Positions 1-13,631 of a DNA stretch of 54,300 bases are shown here, piece by piece. The stretch lies in assembly GCF_001194135.2 (NCBI RefSeq), contig NC_068985.1:102228186-102282485 (forward strand), in the 5' to 3' direction. The notes beneath the pieces are model-generated. The model saw nothing but the letters and a program-made list of their open reading frames with translations, did no database searches and was not told where the DNA came from. Within the stretch, counting starts at the first letter, position 1. Every line of letters starts with the position of its first letter. The position numbers were made by a program, and so were the translations under genes. Origin of the DNA: Octopus bimaculoides. Taxonomy: Eukaryota.

Positions 1-234
1 ATTTATATGTATATGTATATAACAAACAAGACATTTTGAATTTTTGGGAATTATTCATCCATAATTACACGCGTTTCATTTGCTAATAGGGATTACAAAG
101 TTTTACATGTTGCATCCAATTAGAAAGACTTCAGATAGAATATTATATATATATATATATATATATATGAACATCTTTGCGTGCATATATATAAATCATG
201 TTCCTTATGCTTATGTCTGTCTCTTTCTCTACAC

Positions 235-378
235 CTCTCTCTCTCTGTCTCTCTCTCTCTCTCACTCTCTCTCTGTCTCTCTCTGTCTCTCTCTCTCTGT
301 CTCTCTCTCTCTCTAAATTGAGTGAAAAAGAGAAAAAAGGAGAGAAAGCGGGAGACAGAAAGAGAGAGAGAGAGAGAG
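235..378. repeat. (TC)n followed by (GA)n microsatellites
   Basis: Direct reading; source of spurious SLSL/ERER ORFs. Confidence 0.95.
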
Positions 379-1080
379 GGAATATCACAGACAGCTACCA
401 CTGTTTATATATGTGTTAGAATGTGTCAATATATTCGGATGCATTATATTCAGACTTGATATTACGATGTATTCTTTTTAATGTTTGAAAGCCTATATGT
501 AACTATTTTTGCATCATTTTTTCTTGATTCCACTGTCTGTCAGTGTATGTAAATTTCTGGATAACAAATCGTGTGTAGCTATGATGGTATTTTCTATGAT
601 CTATACTTGCTGATGTTGAATCATTCAAGCCAAATGTTTCCACCTCACGAAAACCGAACATTTTACTGCTTTATAGATGTTTTGATCTTATATATATTTA
701 TTCTTACATATGCACTAGATATCACAATAAAAAATGTGTTCGTATTAAGCATGATATTTTTTTTCAAATAAATATATATGTGTATGCACATGTATATGTA
801 TATGTTTATTTCTCTGTGTTTATATGTGTAAACTTAATAGCAAATATATGTAAACGTTCCTGTGAATTTTCTTATCTGATGACTACAGTTTTTCTTTTGT
901 CCTGTGCGTTTGATATTTCGTTCATTTCGTTCGGGAACAGTTATCTTTTGAAGGATAAGCTTTTGAAGGATATATGTATGTATTATATATNNNNNNNNNN
1001 NNNNNNNNNNNNNNNNNNNNNNNNNNNNNNNNNNNNNNNNNNNNNNNNNNNNNNNNNNNNNNNNNNNNNNNNNNNNNNNN

Positions 1081-1124
<44 letters not shown>

Positions 1125-1738
1125 CACATATATAAACATACACATATATACACACACATGTATATTGATACATAAGCACACAGACACATATATATATGTA
1201 TATATTTATATATATATATAAATACATATAACAGCGCAATAAAACAGTACTCATGTATATTTATATAAAAGTATTTATTCCTGAAAGTATACATACTCTT
1301 ACAAGCATATATGTACGCATACTCGTATATATTAATAATATGATATGTGTGTGTATTCGTATATCTTTGTGTGTCTGTGTTCGTGTGCATTAAATCTGAC
1401 AGGACTGAAAAGGTAATGCGAATCAAGAAAATATAACTGAAACAAATTCTTTGGATATCGCGATTGAAATAAACTTCTAAGAAAGATTCGTGACCTAATA
1501 TTATTAATGTAGTCGGCTGAGCAGTTTAGATCAGCCCAACACAAACAGAAACATTTTTTTGCTACAGTATGGAACAACCAGTTCAAACTTCGCATCAGCT
1601 GTCACGAATCCAGATAGCTTTTATACAATAAATATATTTTGAAACAATTATTCGGCATATATATATATATGCGAGGAGAGCGCTAGGAATACAACTTCTT
1701 TTTTCTACTTCTTCTGGAGGTTCCTCAAATTAACGTAC

Positions 1739-1821
1739 CACATTCTTGATACGATCGTCTTTTCTTCCGCATTATTCTTGCCAACAGCGCCTGTCTGAGA
1801 AGTTGCATATATCGTAACAAC
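1739..1821 (-). CDS. Candidate internal exon (83 nt, phase 2 to 1): (R)LLRYMQLLRQALLARIMRKKRRSYQEC(G)
   Basis: Acceptor atttcag|G, donor TG|GTACGT, open basic helical peptide, start phase matches the end of the 8908-8756 candidate. A second frame is also open; no homology recognised. Confidence 0.25.
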
Positions 1822-4800
1822 CTGAAATATCTGTCAACTTTGAAACCGTCCTATCCTTTATGCCTTGTTATCGAAATTCAAACCATATTGCCCAATATTA
1901 CATTATATTTTCAATGTACGCCGTTTGTTATGTTTCTATTAAAGATGAAACCTGTACATAAAATTGAAAATACAGTTTATTCAGCTGTTCCTTTACAACT
2001 TTATGCTTTTAATCCTATCTATTACCTTCCTGAGAAAGTTTATACACTTTCTCCCAGAATTATTGATTATTCATTTTAGAATTGGAATTGTGTTTGTCTT
2101 TGTATACACCTGAAGCAAATTGCAAGAATTTGTATTCAGACTTACTAAGTAACAGGCTACTATGTAATCACAAAACATCTGGTTATTCACAAACAAAACT
2201 ACATGGAAACCCTTCAAAATAAATCTTTGTGTATACTTGATTTTTCTACTGATAACAAAAGGCCGGTACATTCATTCACTTCATACGATCGATCAAGTCT
2301 AGCAATGTACAAAAAAGAGGTTAGATTCGATTAAATTATCCTTAATCTATTGAGCACTTTATTGTTGAATGATAAATGCGACAGCTGCAGATTTGAACTC
2401 AGAAATTAATGCATTGCCTACGTTCCTGTGTGTTTTACGCTACTCATGCTGGACTCGCATATCATGCATAATTTCAATTGTGTTCAGGGCTATTAAGTTT
2501 TAAAAGGTATGTGAGAACCAAAGTGCACTCTTATTAAGAACATACAAAGTGTCAATGATTTGGCAGGCAAATATAATCTTTAAATATAATTTCTCGTTGC
2601 TTCGGTATAAGTTGCTTTATTTTGTTCATTTATTGATATCATCCATTTGCTAAATTATTTAGTGGGAAGTTTTTCCCTTCTTAATCACGTTCAGTAAATA
2701 CAATTTTGTTTATCTAGGTTTGTGAAAGATTTTCTTAATATATATTTCCTGATAGAAAAGAATAGACTTCATTACAAAAGAATCATAAATAATAAAGACA
2801 CGAGAGCCAACCAAACTCTATTTGAAAAAAATATAAGGGAGCAGTTGTAGTTGTAGGAATGATAGGCAATAATTCAAAAAAGCAGTAAGTGAAAGATAAG
2901 AATCAAAAATAAATAAAAAAGATAAAAAAGAAAATACATGATTAAAGGTAAACAAACCTTAACATGTAATATTCTAATTTAATGTATCGGAACATGCAAA
3001 CACATTAATAGGTGAGTAAAGAAACCTGATTAGTTTTTGTTTATCATCTGCTGGGATTGGACAATAATGCATTGTACATCACTGTATACTCTATATATAT
3101 AAACACACACACAAATGTAGATACACACGCACACACACACATATATTTATATGTATATACGTATACATATAAAAATGTGTGCGTTCGTGTGTGCGCGCGT
3201 GCGTGCGTTTATGTGTGTATGCGCATACAGAGTGATTGATAGAGAACATATTGATCTCGACTGTGCATTCGATAAGTGAATTTCTGCAAACTATACCTAA
3301 AGAATATGAGTATATTGCTCTCGCAATTAGATATATGTGCATGGGATTTAGCTGCCTGTAGTTGGTGAGTGTTTGCTACCACTGCGAAGAGCGACCATCT
3401 AAGTTAGAGATAACGTGATCATATGTAAATATTGTAGCCTACGTTGGTCGAAATCTGAACGAATAATAGTTTATGTGGATGGAAAGTGTGTTGACACAGC
3501 TGGCGATTAATGGACTGAAATGTTTTCGTAAGATCTTAATGTTTGCTAGTTAATAATAATCGCAATAGCGCTGTCAGCAGTTAGACGATGGCAGGGTTCT
3601 TTGAATAAAACAAAGGTATTAACAGATAAGAAAAATGTTAAGCTTGCATAATGTTTGAACTATGATTCTGGCTTATCCTTGATAGAATATAGTTGATTCT
3701 TTATAAACCTATGTTTATGTCTGTATATAAATATTGTATAAGTTATACAAATTGGAATTACCTCAGACATCAGAATCAGCTGCATTCCGGTAGCAAGAAT
3801 TGATAATATCCATTGAAATATATGCTACGAAATATATATTTCACCATAGTTATAATATAGGTGATATAGCATGAGTTTGTGAAGTAATGTTCGTGTGGGA
3901 TGTTAGATTTAGTATTACGGACCAACTTTCATCGTAAAAAGATCAGTAATGGGAAACAAACATATAAATAAAATATTATAAAGCGTAAATCTCACTGAGG
4001 TTTGCATTGTAAGTATACTACTCTCATCTAAAATACCGCTTTTTTTATTCTTTCAAAATGAATATTTATTCCTTTATATCCACGATATTTAAAGCTAAAT
4101 AATAAACTGGGCAACGACCGTGATAACATAAAACACCTCTTAAATTCTTCTATAGAATAGTAGTTTAATATCATTTTCGTAATGTATTTTTATCACGCTG
4201 TCTTTTTGTATATTTTAATTCATTTCATGTCCATTATTGACTAGCTCCTTCAAATCTTCTTGCTTTTTAGTCACCTCTCTCATTCATTTCCCCCACTGTA
4301 TCTCTTCCTTCCACGCCCTCCGCCTCTCACCCATCATATCTTTCACTCACCTTTTTGCTGTATTTTCGTTTCCTTTCTTATGTTTATGAAACTGTAGCAC
4401 TTTTCTATTATATTCTGTGGTGGTCGTTGTATAATAGTACATTCTTTCACTACAGTAGATTTTCTTTCAGTTTTGGTACTTCCTCAACTCAGAAAAAGAT
4501 AGACGTACATGTGCAGCTAAATACTAATATATGTCTACACATGCAGATGTGCACACATACATACATACATACATACATAGTATAATAGTATAATATATAT
4601 ATATATATCTATATATATATGTATGTATATATATATATCTTCCATCTTCCATCTTCCATTTCGATCTTATATCTCTCCCTACTTCTCTCCATGTCCCATT
4701 ACTAACACACACACACACACCTATATATATATATATATATATATATGAGTTGTATCGAACGTTTCTGCAAAGTCGTAAATGAAAGGGGAACGCGCTGTAA

Positions 4801-4844
4801 TGTCAACAGAACTGAATGTTATTAATGTAGTCTAACGTTAAGTC

Positions 4845-5004
4845 ATCGTGCTGCCAGAACTGTTAGTACGCTGGGCAAAATTCATAGCGGCAGTTCGTCC
4901 ACTTTTACGTTCTGAGTTCAAATTCATCCGAGGTTTACCTTACTTTTTATTCACGCGAATTCGATAAAATAAGTAACACATGCGTACTGGGTTGATGTGA
5001 CAGA
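4845..5004 (+). mobile_element. SINE family A, diverged copy (first of a tandem pair)
   Basis: A-box-like CTGCCAGAAC, B-box GAGTTCAAATTC, tcgataaaataagt core; aligns to 20711 and 35398 copies. Confidence 0.8.
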
Positions 5005-5182
5005 CTTAGCGGTATTTCGTCCGTCTTTACTTTCTGAGTTCAAATTCCACCGAGGTCAACTTTGCCTTTCATCCTTTCGGGGTCGATAAATTAAGTACCA
5101 GTTGCGTACTGGAGTCGATCTTATACACTGGTCCCCTCCCCCAAAATATCTGGCCTTGTGCTTAAAAGTATAGAAGATTATT
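5005..5182 (+). mobile_element. SINE family A, 5'-truncated copy with 3' tail
   Basis: ttctgagttcaaattccaccgaggtcaactttgcctttcatcctttcggggtcgataaattaagtaccag, then cccctcccccaaaat...ggccttgtgc tail. Confidence 0.9.
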
Positions 5183-5698
5183 CTTCCCTTTTCTCTTGTC
5201 AATTCCGGGCCGTGATTGTCTTCAAAAAAGTCTACATGAATGTTTACTTGTATGTATGGATGCATGCATATATGTATCTATTTATTTATGTATATATGTA
5301 TTCTTATATGTATGTATTTCTAACAAGTCATCGAATGTCAAATTCAATTAGTGCGGTAACTCGTTCGTTTCCGACTCATCTGTTAAACCAGAGAGTATTA
5401 TCTGTCAATGCTTCAAATATTTACCGCTCATGTTGCTTAACACATCCCTTGACATTCATCACCCTTTTTCTCCTGGCCTCCTTTTTGCCTACTTTTATCA
5501 TATTATCTATTCAGAGGATCATTTATGATAGAGTTTTGCATACTCTTTGACTACTTTTCAAAATTCTCCATCATATCATATCTTCAATATTTGCTTCCCT
5601 CTCTTTCATGTCAAGTGTTCCATTCAGACAGATAACCAGGAGTGGATCGGTACATACGGTCTATGCACGCACGTGGTTTTTGTATGTGGTCATCAGTA

Positions 5699-5699
5699 C

Positions 5700-5761
<62 letters not shown>

Positions 5762-5770
5762 TTATCTATC
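5699..5770. repeat. (TATC)n tetranucleotide microsatellite
   Basis: Direct reading. Confidence 0.95.
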
Positions 5771-6099
5771 AGTGTGTATGTTTGCGTGTGTGCGCGCGTG
5801 TATGTATACACAAATATAATTGTGTGCGTATCTGCAAATGTAGGGATATTGTTGCGTCTACGTGCACGAATATATCTATATATTTTTATGCTAGTCCCTT
5901 TAGAACTTGTCTCTTAATGGAACTTTAAACTGCCGACTCAGCTCCCTGTATGACACTGGAAAGTGAAAACGCAATATGTAGCCTACGTACAGGGTACACA
6001 GCATACGATACACTCACAAGCTACTCAGATATACACATGGTAACGTGAAACCATTTATATAGCTATTTCTTTTATGTGTGCATATGCGACTGTCCGATG

Positions 6100-6146
<47 letters not shown>

Positions 6147-7638
6147 NNNNNNNNNNNNNNNNNNNNNNNNNNNNNNNNNNNNNNNNNNNNNNNNNNNNNN
6201 NNNNNNNNNNNNNNNNNNNNNNNNNNNNNNNNNNNNNNNNNNNNNNNNNNNNNNNNNNNNNNNNNNNNNNNNNNNNNNNNNNNNNNNNNNNNNNNNNNNN
6301 NNNNNNNNNNNNNNNNNNNNNNNNNNNNNNNNNNNNNNNNNNNNNNNNNNNNNNNNNNNNNNNNNNNNNNNNNNNNNNNNNNNNNNNNNNNNNNNNNNNN
6401 NNNNNNNNNNNNNNNNNNNNNNNNNNNNNNNNNNNNNNNNNNNNNNNNNNNNNNNNNNNNNNNNNNNNNNNNNNNNNNNNNNNNNNNNNNNNNNNNNNNN
6501 NNNNNNNNNNNNNNNNNNNNNNNNNNNNNNNNNNNNNNNNNNNNNNNNNNNNNNNNNNNNNNNNNNNNNNNNNNNNNNNNNNNNNNNNNNNNNNNNNTAA
6601 ATGTACACACACACATATATATATATATATATATGTGTGTATATATCCAAGAATCCAAAATGTTTTATAGCTTTTCCGTATATACATATATGCATATATA
6701 TATGTGTAGATGTATCTGTGTGTGTGCACGTACATACATATATCATACATATACATATAATCCGTATACATACACTGTCCTTTTCTATCAATGTGTAGTT
6801 TTAATGTACATACGAACGCGTGCGTTGCACGCGCGCGAACGTTCGTAAAATGTTTTTTTTTTTAATATTACAAGTAGACTGAAATAGCAGTAGGGATGTG
6901 CACTATCTGTAGACATGCAGTGAGGCTTAAGTAATTTGGCTGGCAGCATTGAATCTCAGCCATTGATTTTTGATCAATTCTCCCCTACGATATGCTTTTG
7001 TTATTTGGAGTGCTGCGCTAACAATGGACGTCAACCAAATGGCGTCCTGTACCTGATAATTTCATGGCAGCTGTCTGCTTGTATGCATACCAAATGTGAT
7101 GTTACTGTATGTGAATATGGACTTCTTTCCTTCCCTGAATCTATGTATGTTTATTTAACTACATATCTGCTATAATAAAAAAATAAGATCTGTATCTTTT
7201 TTTTCTCATGATTATGTGTATGTTGATTCGTAAAAAAGATAAGAATGCTGCTTTCGTATATTGACGCATTTACAAGTGAACAAGATGTCTTTCCATCGGC
7301 AAAGGTACACGCACACGCGCACACACACATCCACAGATAGAAAGATAGATAGATAGATACATAGAAGTACATATGAGTATACATATATGCGCATATACAT
7401 GTGTGAGTGTGTGCGTATTTATATATACGCACACACACACACACACATACACACTACAACCGGCAGGCTTCGATTCAGAATATTCCAGGATGTTCCTTTT
7501 TTTATGAATATTCACTGTCTGAATGTTCTTTGAAACATGAAATGGAAGTTTGGTGGAAAAGATTATTATGTTCTTTCGATTAAAACCCTTCTTAATTTTG
7601 AAATTGATCGATTTGCTGAGTCGACAAAACAAGTTAAA

Positions 7639-7689
<51 letters not shown>

Positions 7690-8061
7690 CATACATACAT
7701 ACATACATACATACATGCATGCATACATACATACATGTACACATATGTATACGCATGTAGATGACGAATGCGTGCTAAGTGACACTTCTTATATATATAT
7801 ATATATGATTTTNNNNNNNNNNNNNNNNNNNNNNNNNNNNNNNNNNNNNNNNNNNNNNNNNNNNNNNNNNNNNNNNNNNNNNNNNNNNNNNNNNNNNNNN
7901 NNNNNNNNNNNNNNNNNNNNNNNNNNNNNNNNNNNNNNNNNNNNNNNNNNNNNNNNNNNNNNNNNNNNNNNNNNNNNNNNNNNNNNNNNNNNNNNNNNNN
8001 NNNNNNNNNNNNNNNNNNNNNNNNNNNNNNNNNNNNNNNNNNNNNNNNNNNNNNNNNNNNN

Positions 8062-8127
<66 letters not shown>
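8062..8127. repeat. (GT)n microsatellite
   Basis: Direct reading. Confidence 0.95.
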
Positions 8128-8129
<2 letters not shown>

Positions 8130-8755
8130 CTATTTCATTGCATTTCGAAGCACATATAACTTCTCTTTCGGTGAAGATTGCAAACTATTTATATATGCAT
8201 AAATAACTGTATTTTGGTTGTTGTGCTTATTGATAGACAAAAATGTTAGCGCATGTGCATATGCATTTTCACATGCTTTACTTTGTCCTACTTGACTCTG
8301 ACTTCTCCGGAGAAGGGCATTCAACTGTCGATAAAACTTTACTACCGGACAAGTTCAAACTTTGCTGTTTGCCATTTGCTCTGTACTTCAGGTTTCATTC
8401 GTCACTGTTCTTATGTGCTCACCGAAAGCTTAGATGTCTATTTCATTTAGTGAACTTCAGTCTTCTACGAACATTGGGAACAGATCTGTAAACATTGGAT
8501 TGCGGAATATTTTGATAACAACCTACATCATTTGTCTTTGCTCACTGCCACTGTAAACGACTGAAAATTTATAACTGATTATTTCTGTTTGCCTTCAAAT
8601 CATTTAGTTTATATTTGGTCCATGTTAGAGTAGATAAAATAATGACTAAAGATCTGTCAGTGTTGATTGTACCGAAATGTTTTTTTTTTCCTATTGTCTA
8701 TACCATTTCTCCACCCCCACCGCTTTCTTTCTGTTCGTTGTCCAAGTGAAATTAC

Positions 8756-8908
8756 CGTATTTGTGTAGGAGTGGGTAGGAATCGCAACGGCTCTGATATA
8801 TTTGAAGCTGTATAATTAAATACTTTCAGACTGGAGTCGACTTTACTTGTCATCGCCCAAATGTCAATAAAATCCGTTCTTATTCTATATTCGGTTTGAT
8901 TCAATGGA
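8756..8908 (-). CDS. Candidate internal exon (153 nt, phase 2/2): PLNQTEYRIRTDFIDIWAMTSKVDSSLKVFNYTASNISEPLRFLPTPTQI(R)
   Basis: Strong acceptor: T-run, CTAAT branch-like motif, ttacag|T. Donor CG|GTAATT. Stop-free, non-repetitive. Product not recognised. Confidence 0.45.
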
Positions 8909-9226
8909 CTGTAATGTAACATTAGAAAAAAAAAACTGGCCTTTTTACTTGAAAGAAGACATTTCTTTGAATACATTTATCTTATTTTTTACTGTTGCTT
9001 TAATACTGAACGATTTATAACGGACAATAGTACAGCTTATTTCTTACGTATTTCTTGTCAATATTCTGGCCGTCGGTGATGCTTGTGTTTATGGTTGTGG
9101 TGGTGATACTTTCTATGCATTAAGTGTCGATGTCTTCTCTTCTGGTACTAACTAAAGCTATTTGGATAAGCAACAATACCTTATGGATATTAAAATGCCA
9201 TTCAACCTAAGGGAATCTAACTTTAC

Positions 9227-9376
9227 AAAGTCTGTTTGAATACCACATGCTGTTTAACTAATATGATGTATTGAGCCGGAGGGTAACACTCGTCAACAGT
9301 GTCTAGATATGGTGATTGACAGCGAGAGAATTCACGTAGGAAAGAGTGACAATTCTTTAGTGCAAAGTATTCATGA
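9227..9376 (-). CDS. Candidate internal exon (150 nt, phase 2/2): HEYFALKNCHSFLREFSRCQSPYLDTVDECYPPAQYIILVKQHVVFKQT(F)
   Basis: Acceptor ctttttatag|T, donor TT|GTAAAG; joins in frame to 8908-8756 across a 318-nt intron. Confidence 0.35.
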
Positions 9377-10162
9377 CTATAAAAAGATTGGTGTTTTTGT
9401 CAGGTGATATTTAGTTTTATGAAGATATGTTACTGTGGGCAAGGAATTCTCTTTTGTAAATATCAGCTTGGTAGAGATTTTTAGAGAGATGAGTTCCAAA
9501 TTTACATATACAAATACAATCAATTGCAAGCAGAACAAGAAACAAAATACACATATACACATATGCATACGTACGCATACATACATCCGTGAATACACAC
9601 ACACAAATACATGCGCATATGTAAATTGTATATATGTCTATTCATGCATGTATGCTTGTATGTATGCATGCATTTATATGCATACAATATTCCTTCATAT
9701 TGAATGTTCTGTCGCAATAAAATGCTTCAGGAACTTCATACCCAGGCAAAGTTTATTCGTTCATTCTTATTATCGTAGTCATGCTTGGAATGACTAACAG
9801 AAAAGTAACTGAAATAATCAGCCATGCATGTAAGAACCAATGTATCTGTACGTTTACATCCGCCGCAATTTAGCCTTTCCTTCTTTTATTCCACTCTTTT
9901 CTCTTTCTTCCTCCTTGTCCCCATTTCTCTCTCTCCCTGTCTCTCTACTTCTCTCTCTCTCTCCCCTTTGCATATACATAAATTCATATAAATAATATAT
10001 ATATATATATATACATAAATGCATGCATACACACATACATATACGCACTCAAACGATCGCATGCAAATTTGTATGTGCTGTGGGTATACATGTAAGAAAG
10101 ATTAAAGGTGAGAGTTTATGCTCTTGCGCATGTGTGCGTAGGCTTTTTTCGGTACCAATGCG

Positions 10163-10332
10163 TTATATATGTTGCAACAAGCCGCAAGAAGTCAGATAAT
10201 TTGTGCTTAGATCTCCACTGAATAACATTTAGTGGATATCAGGTGAATTTCACTGATATCTACGTAACGCTTTTCAGTTTAGATCTAAGCACAAATTATT
10301 CCATCTCGTAGTTTGCGGCAACGTATATATAA
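10163..10332. repeat. Fold-back element (~170 bp hairpin; possible MITE)
   Basis: Perfect 19-bp IR ATAATTTGTGCTTAGATCT (10196-10214 / 10281-10299), inner stem gtggatatcaggtgaa/ttcactgatatctac, imperfect outer arms ending in (TA)n. Confidence 0.8.
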
Positions 10333-10410
10333 TGCAACATAAGCAAGCATATTTTCATACAATAAAAGTTGCCGAACATTAATATTTTAGAATCATCTAT
10401 TATTTCACAG

Positions 10411-10513
10411 AAGCTAAGTCGTTCACCGCATATTTTACTCAATGTAATGCTTGACAACAATATAATACTCTACGAATCAATAAAACCTCATGATATTGGC
10501 AGCCATTGTTTGG
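10411..10513 (+). CDS. Candidate exon (103 nt, phase 0 to 1): KLSRSPHILLNVMLDNNIILYESIKPHDIGSHCL(G)
   Basis: Acceptor tatttcacag|, donor TGG|GTAAGT, one open frame; no homology recognised. Confidence 0.25.
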
Positions 10514-11710
10514 GTAAGTAAATTGATGAATTATTGCTGATTCATGCGCTAACAACATAGCAGGAAATAGGAAGAAACTAGTAAAATGTTATCAGGTAAA
10601 TCAGTGTATCCAACAGTATACGGGCACAAAAACTTGATATAATCTTTATTTAATTACAGACAGCGAGGCATAAAACAAATTTAAAGTCGTATCTTCCACT
10701 TCGACATGAGCGCATTAGTACAAACATTTTAACGTCTAGTGTATAACAAATGAAAAGATTTGTTACTGAATGGTTAAGCACTAAGTGGTGTCATTCTCCT
10801 CCGTGGCATCACACTCTGATAGTGTTAAGTATATAGAATATTGATATATTAGTTTAGGGAAAATACTGAGAAATTTGCCTGAATAAGATCAATGATACAA
10901 TCTAGAAACGAATAAAAGAGATTATTTTTAGAGAAAAAAGTATTTGTTTCTTCTTTCGCTTCCAATTACATTTACAACCTTCATATGTACTCGAACTATT
11001 CTCATTTCAATACGCATATACATGCACAAAAACTTCCATACATATACACAAAAATGCATGCATGCACACACACATATATGTATGTGCACGCACACGATAG
11101 TACACAGGTATGTGCGTGTGCTTGCATATAAGAATACATGTTTGCATGTAATATTTAACTATTTTAAGTGTAGATTTATATATTAGTTTTTCGTATAATT
11201 TTATTAACACGCATTAGTTGTCTAACTATTTGTCATTATATTATTCCTTTTGTTCCGACACATTACGATACGAACAGCTGTCTGAGAATAGCAAAGACAA
11301 AGGCATGCGTTTTTGCTACATTTCTTTTAATTTTTCTTGTTTTTGGGAAACCTGTCTAGTGTCTGAATAGAATTGACAAGAGTATTTCTGCTGCTCCATT
11401 TTCAGTAAATTAGCAGACTGTACGTAATTGGTGTAATCCGATTTATTCAATAGAAACAAAGAAGTTCAAGAATAACGCACACACACGTATGAAACACAAA
11501 CACAAACACTTATGTATCTCTCTCTCTCTCTCTGTTATATATATANNNNNNNNNNNNNNNNNNNNNNNNNNNNNNNNNNNNNNNNNNNNNNNNNNNNNNN
11601 NNNNNNNNNNNNNNNNNNNNNNNNNNNNNNNNNNNNNNNNNNNNNNNNNNNNNNNNNNNNNNNNNNNNNNNNNNNNNNNNNNNNNNNNNNNNNNNNNNNN
11701 NNNNNNNNNN

Positions 11711-11744
<34 letters not shown>

Positions 11745-12595
11745 ATGCATGTATGTATGTATATATGTATGTATGTATGTGTATTTATATACAGCACCAA
11801 GTAGAGTGCAGCATGACAGTTAAATAGGAGGACTACTTACCTAATTGCTATTTTTCTACCGAATTATATACGTAGATTTTCCGCTGAGATAATAAACAGG
11901 CATATATTCATATTTACATACGTTTGTAAGTGCATGCACGTGTGTGTGTCAGTGTGTGTGTGTCAGTGTGTGTGTGTGCGTCTGTATATATATATCTATG
12001 TATGTATATGATTTGATCCACAGGAAGTGCAGGGAAATGTACGAACGTGACGCCGATCCTTGAATAGTCGCGTGTCAAGTGAAAATCACGTTTTTTTTCA
12101 TTTTGTATATAATCATTTCCGTAAATAAGTTTTTTCTTTATTTCGTTAGTAAATGATAGATCTCAATATAAAACAATGCAACAAATTTATGAATTGGTTT
12201 TGTCTCGTTCGCCTGCAAAGCAAAAAAAAAAAAAAAAATCCTTACGAAATATATCACAAAAATATAAACATACATATAACCACATGATGAATATAGAATT
12301 GAATAGAATATACATCTAATTCATATTTATGTGTTAAAACTTTTCTGTTTACATATATAACAAACACATACCTACTCACACATAGCCCTCTACATAGTGG
12401 CATATAACATAAATGTTCTGTTAATAGTGAAATGAAACTGATATATGAAAGCAATTAACGGCGAAAGACACCGTTCGCCAGCCGAAGAAGTCAGAATCAG
12501 TGTAGTTTCGGCGCGTTTAGATTCCAAAGATTAGTAATATCACGGTACTACATTTAAGAACTCCTCACTTCAGTGAAATTTTCATTGACTAACAG

Positions 12596-12627
12596 AATGT
12601 AACGAACATGAACTTGGAGAAACATGC
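12596..12627 (+). CDS. Candidate micro-exon (32 nt): xCNEHELGETC
   Basis: Branch-like ACTAAC next to the AG acceptor, donor C|GTAAGA; too short to be significant alone. Confidence 0.2.
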
Positions 12628-13392
12628 GTAAGATACAATACACTGCTCATGAAACAGGAGGACAGATCAAGTAAAAGAAAAAAATGAAATTATAAGTGAC
12701 ACCGAGAACAAGAGAGAAACACAATGAGAGAAAAATAATAAGGGAGAAGGACACGGAAAAGTGGTCACCCACGGGCGGACACAAAGCGAATAAACTATAA
12801 AAGGTATAAATACATGATAGATAGCAAAATGTATATTAGAAGAGTGTGTGGTGTAATTAGCTGGGCACACGCTGTTGGGAAATATATTGAATTAGATGAT
12901 AAATCGTAGAAAGTCATGATGAAAAACCGATTAGCTGATAAATAAAAAAGATATATCGAAATAATATCTTATAAATCTCAAAAATAATGTTTGTTAAAGT
13001 AAGATAAATATCATGATGAATTATGAATTTCTAAATTATTAAAAATACCTACAGACACACACGCATACACACACATACAATATCTGCTTATATCTACTTA
13101 TATATATATATATATNNNNNNNNNNNNNNNNNNNNNNNNNNNNNNNNNNNNNNNNNNNNNNNNNNNNNNNNNNNNNNNNNNNNNNNNNNNNNNNNNNNNN
13201 NNNNNNNNNNNNNNNNNNNNNNNNNNNNNNNNNNNNNNNNNNNNNNNNNNNNNNNNNNNNNNNNNNNNNNNNNNNNNNNNNNNNNNNNNNNNNNNNNNNN
13301 NNNNNNNNNNNNNNNNNNNNNNNNNNNNNNNNNNNNNNNNNNNNNNNNNNNNNNNNNNNNNNNNNNNNNNNNNNNNNNNNNNNNNNNNNNNN

Positions 13393-13547
13393 CCTACATC
13401 GCGGCAGGAGGTGCAAATGAGGGTTGCTAAATCAAACTCCATTCTTCACCAAGTGCCACATATTGTAAGAGGCCCCCTGTAATAGCAGTGTAGCAACACG
13501 GTGGTGCATCAGCATGGCCGCAGCTCTAAGCTGAAACTTTAAAAAAA
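13393..13547 (+). mobile_element. 3' end of an unidentified retro-element sharing its tail with SINE family B
   Basis: ggtggtgcatcagcatggccgcag...ctgaaac plus A-rich end matches the family B tail; upstream sequence is unrelated to family B. Confidence 0.5.
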
Positions 13548-13564
13548 TATATATATATATATGC

Positions 13565-13595
<31 letters not shown>

Positions 13596-13596
13596 A

Positions 13597-13631
<35 letters not shown>

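Noticed and set aside
6014-6848. Long ORFs spanning N-gaps (also 14466-15742, 25984-26916, 36496-37792, 46689-48120 and others)
   Set aside because: Length comes from X residues and YI/HT/NNN microsatellite translation.
9060-9160. His-rich peptide KRRHRHLMHRKYHHHNHKHKHHRR on the minus strand
   Set aside because: Bounded by stops, derives from a degenerate (CAC/CAT) repeat, and lies inside the proposed 318-nt intron.
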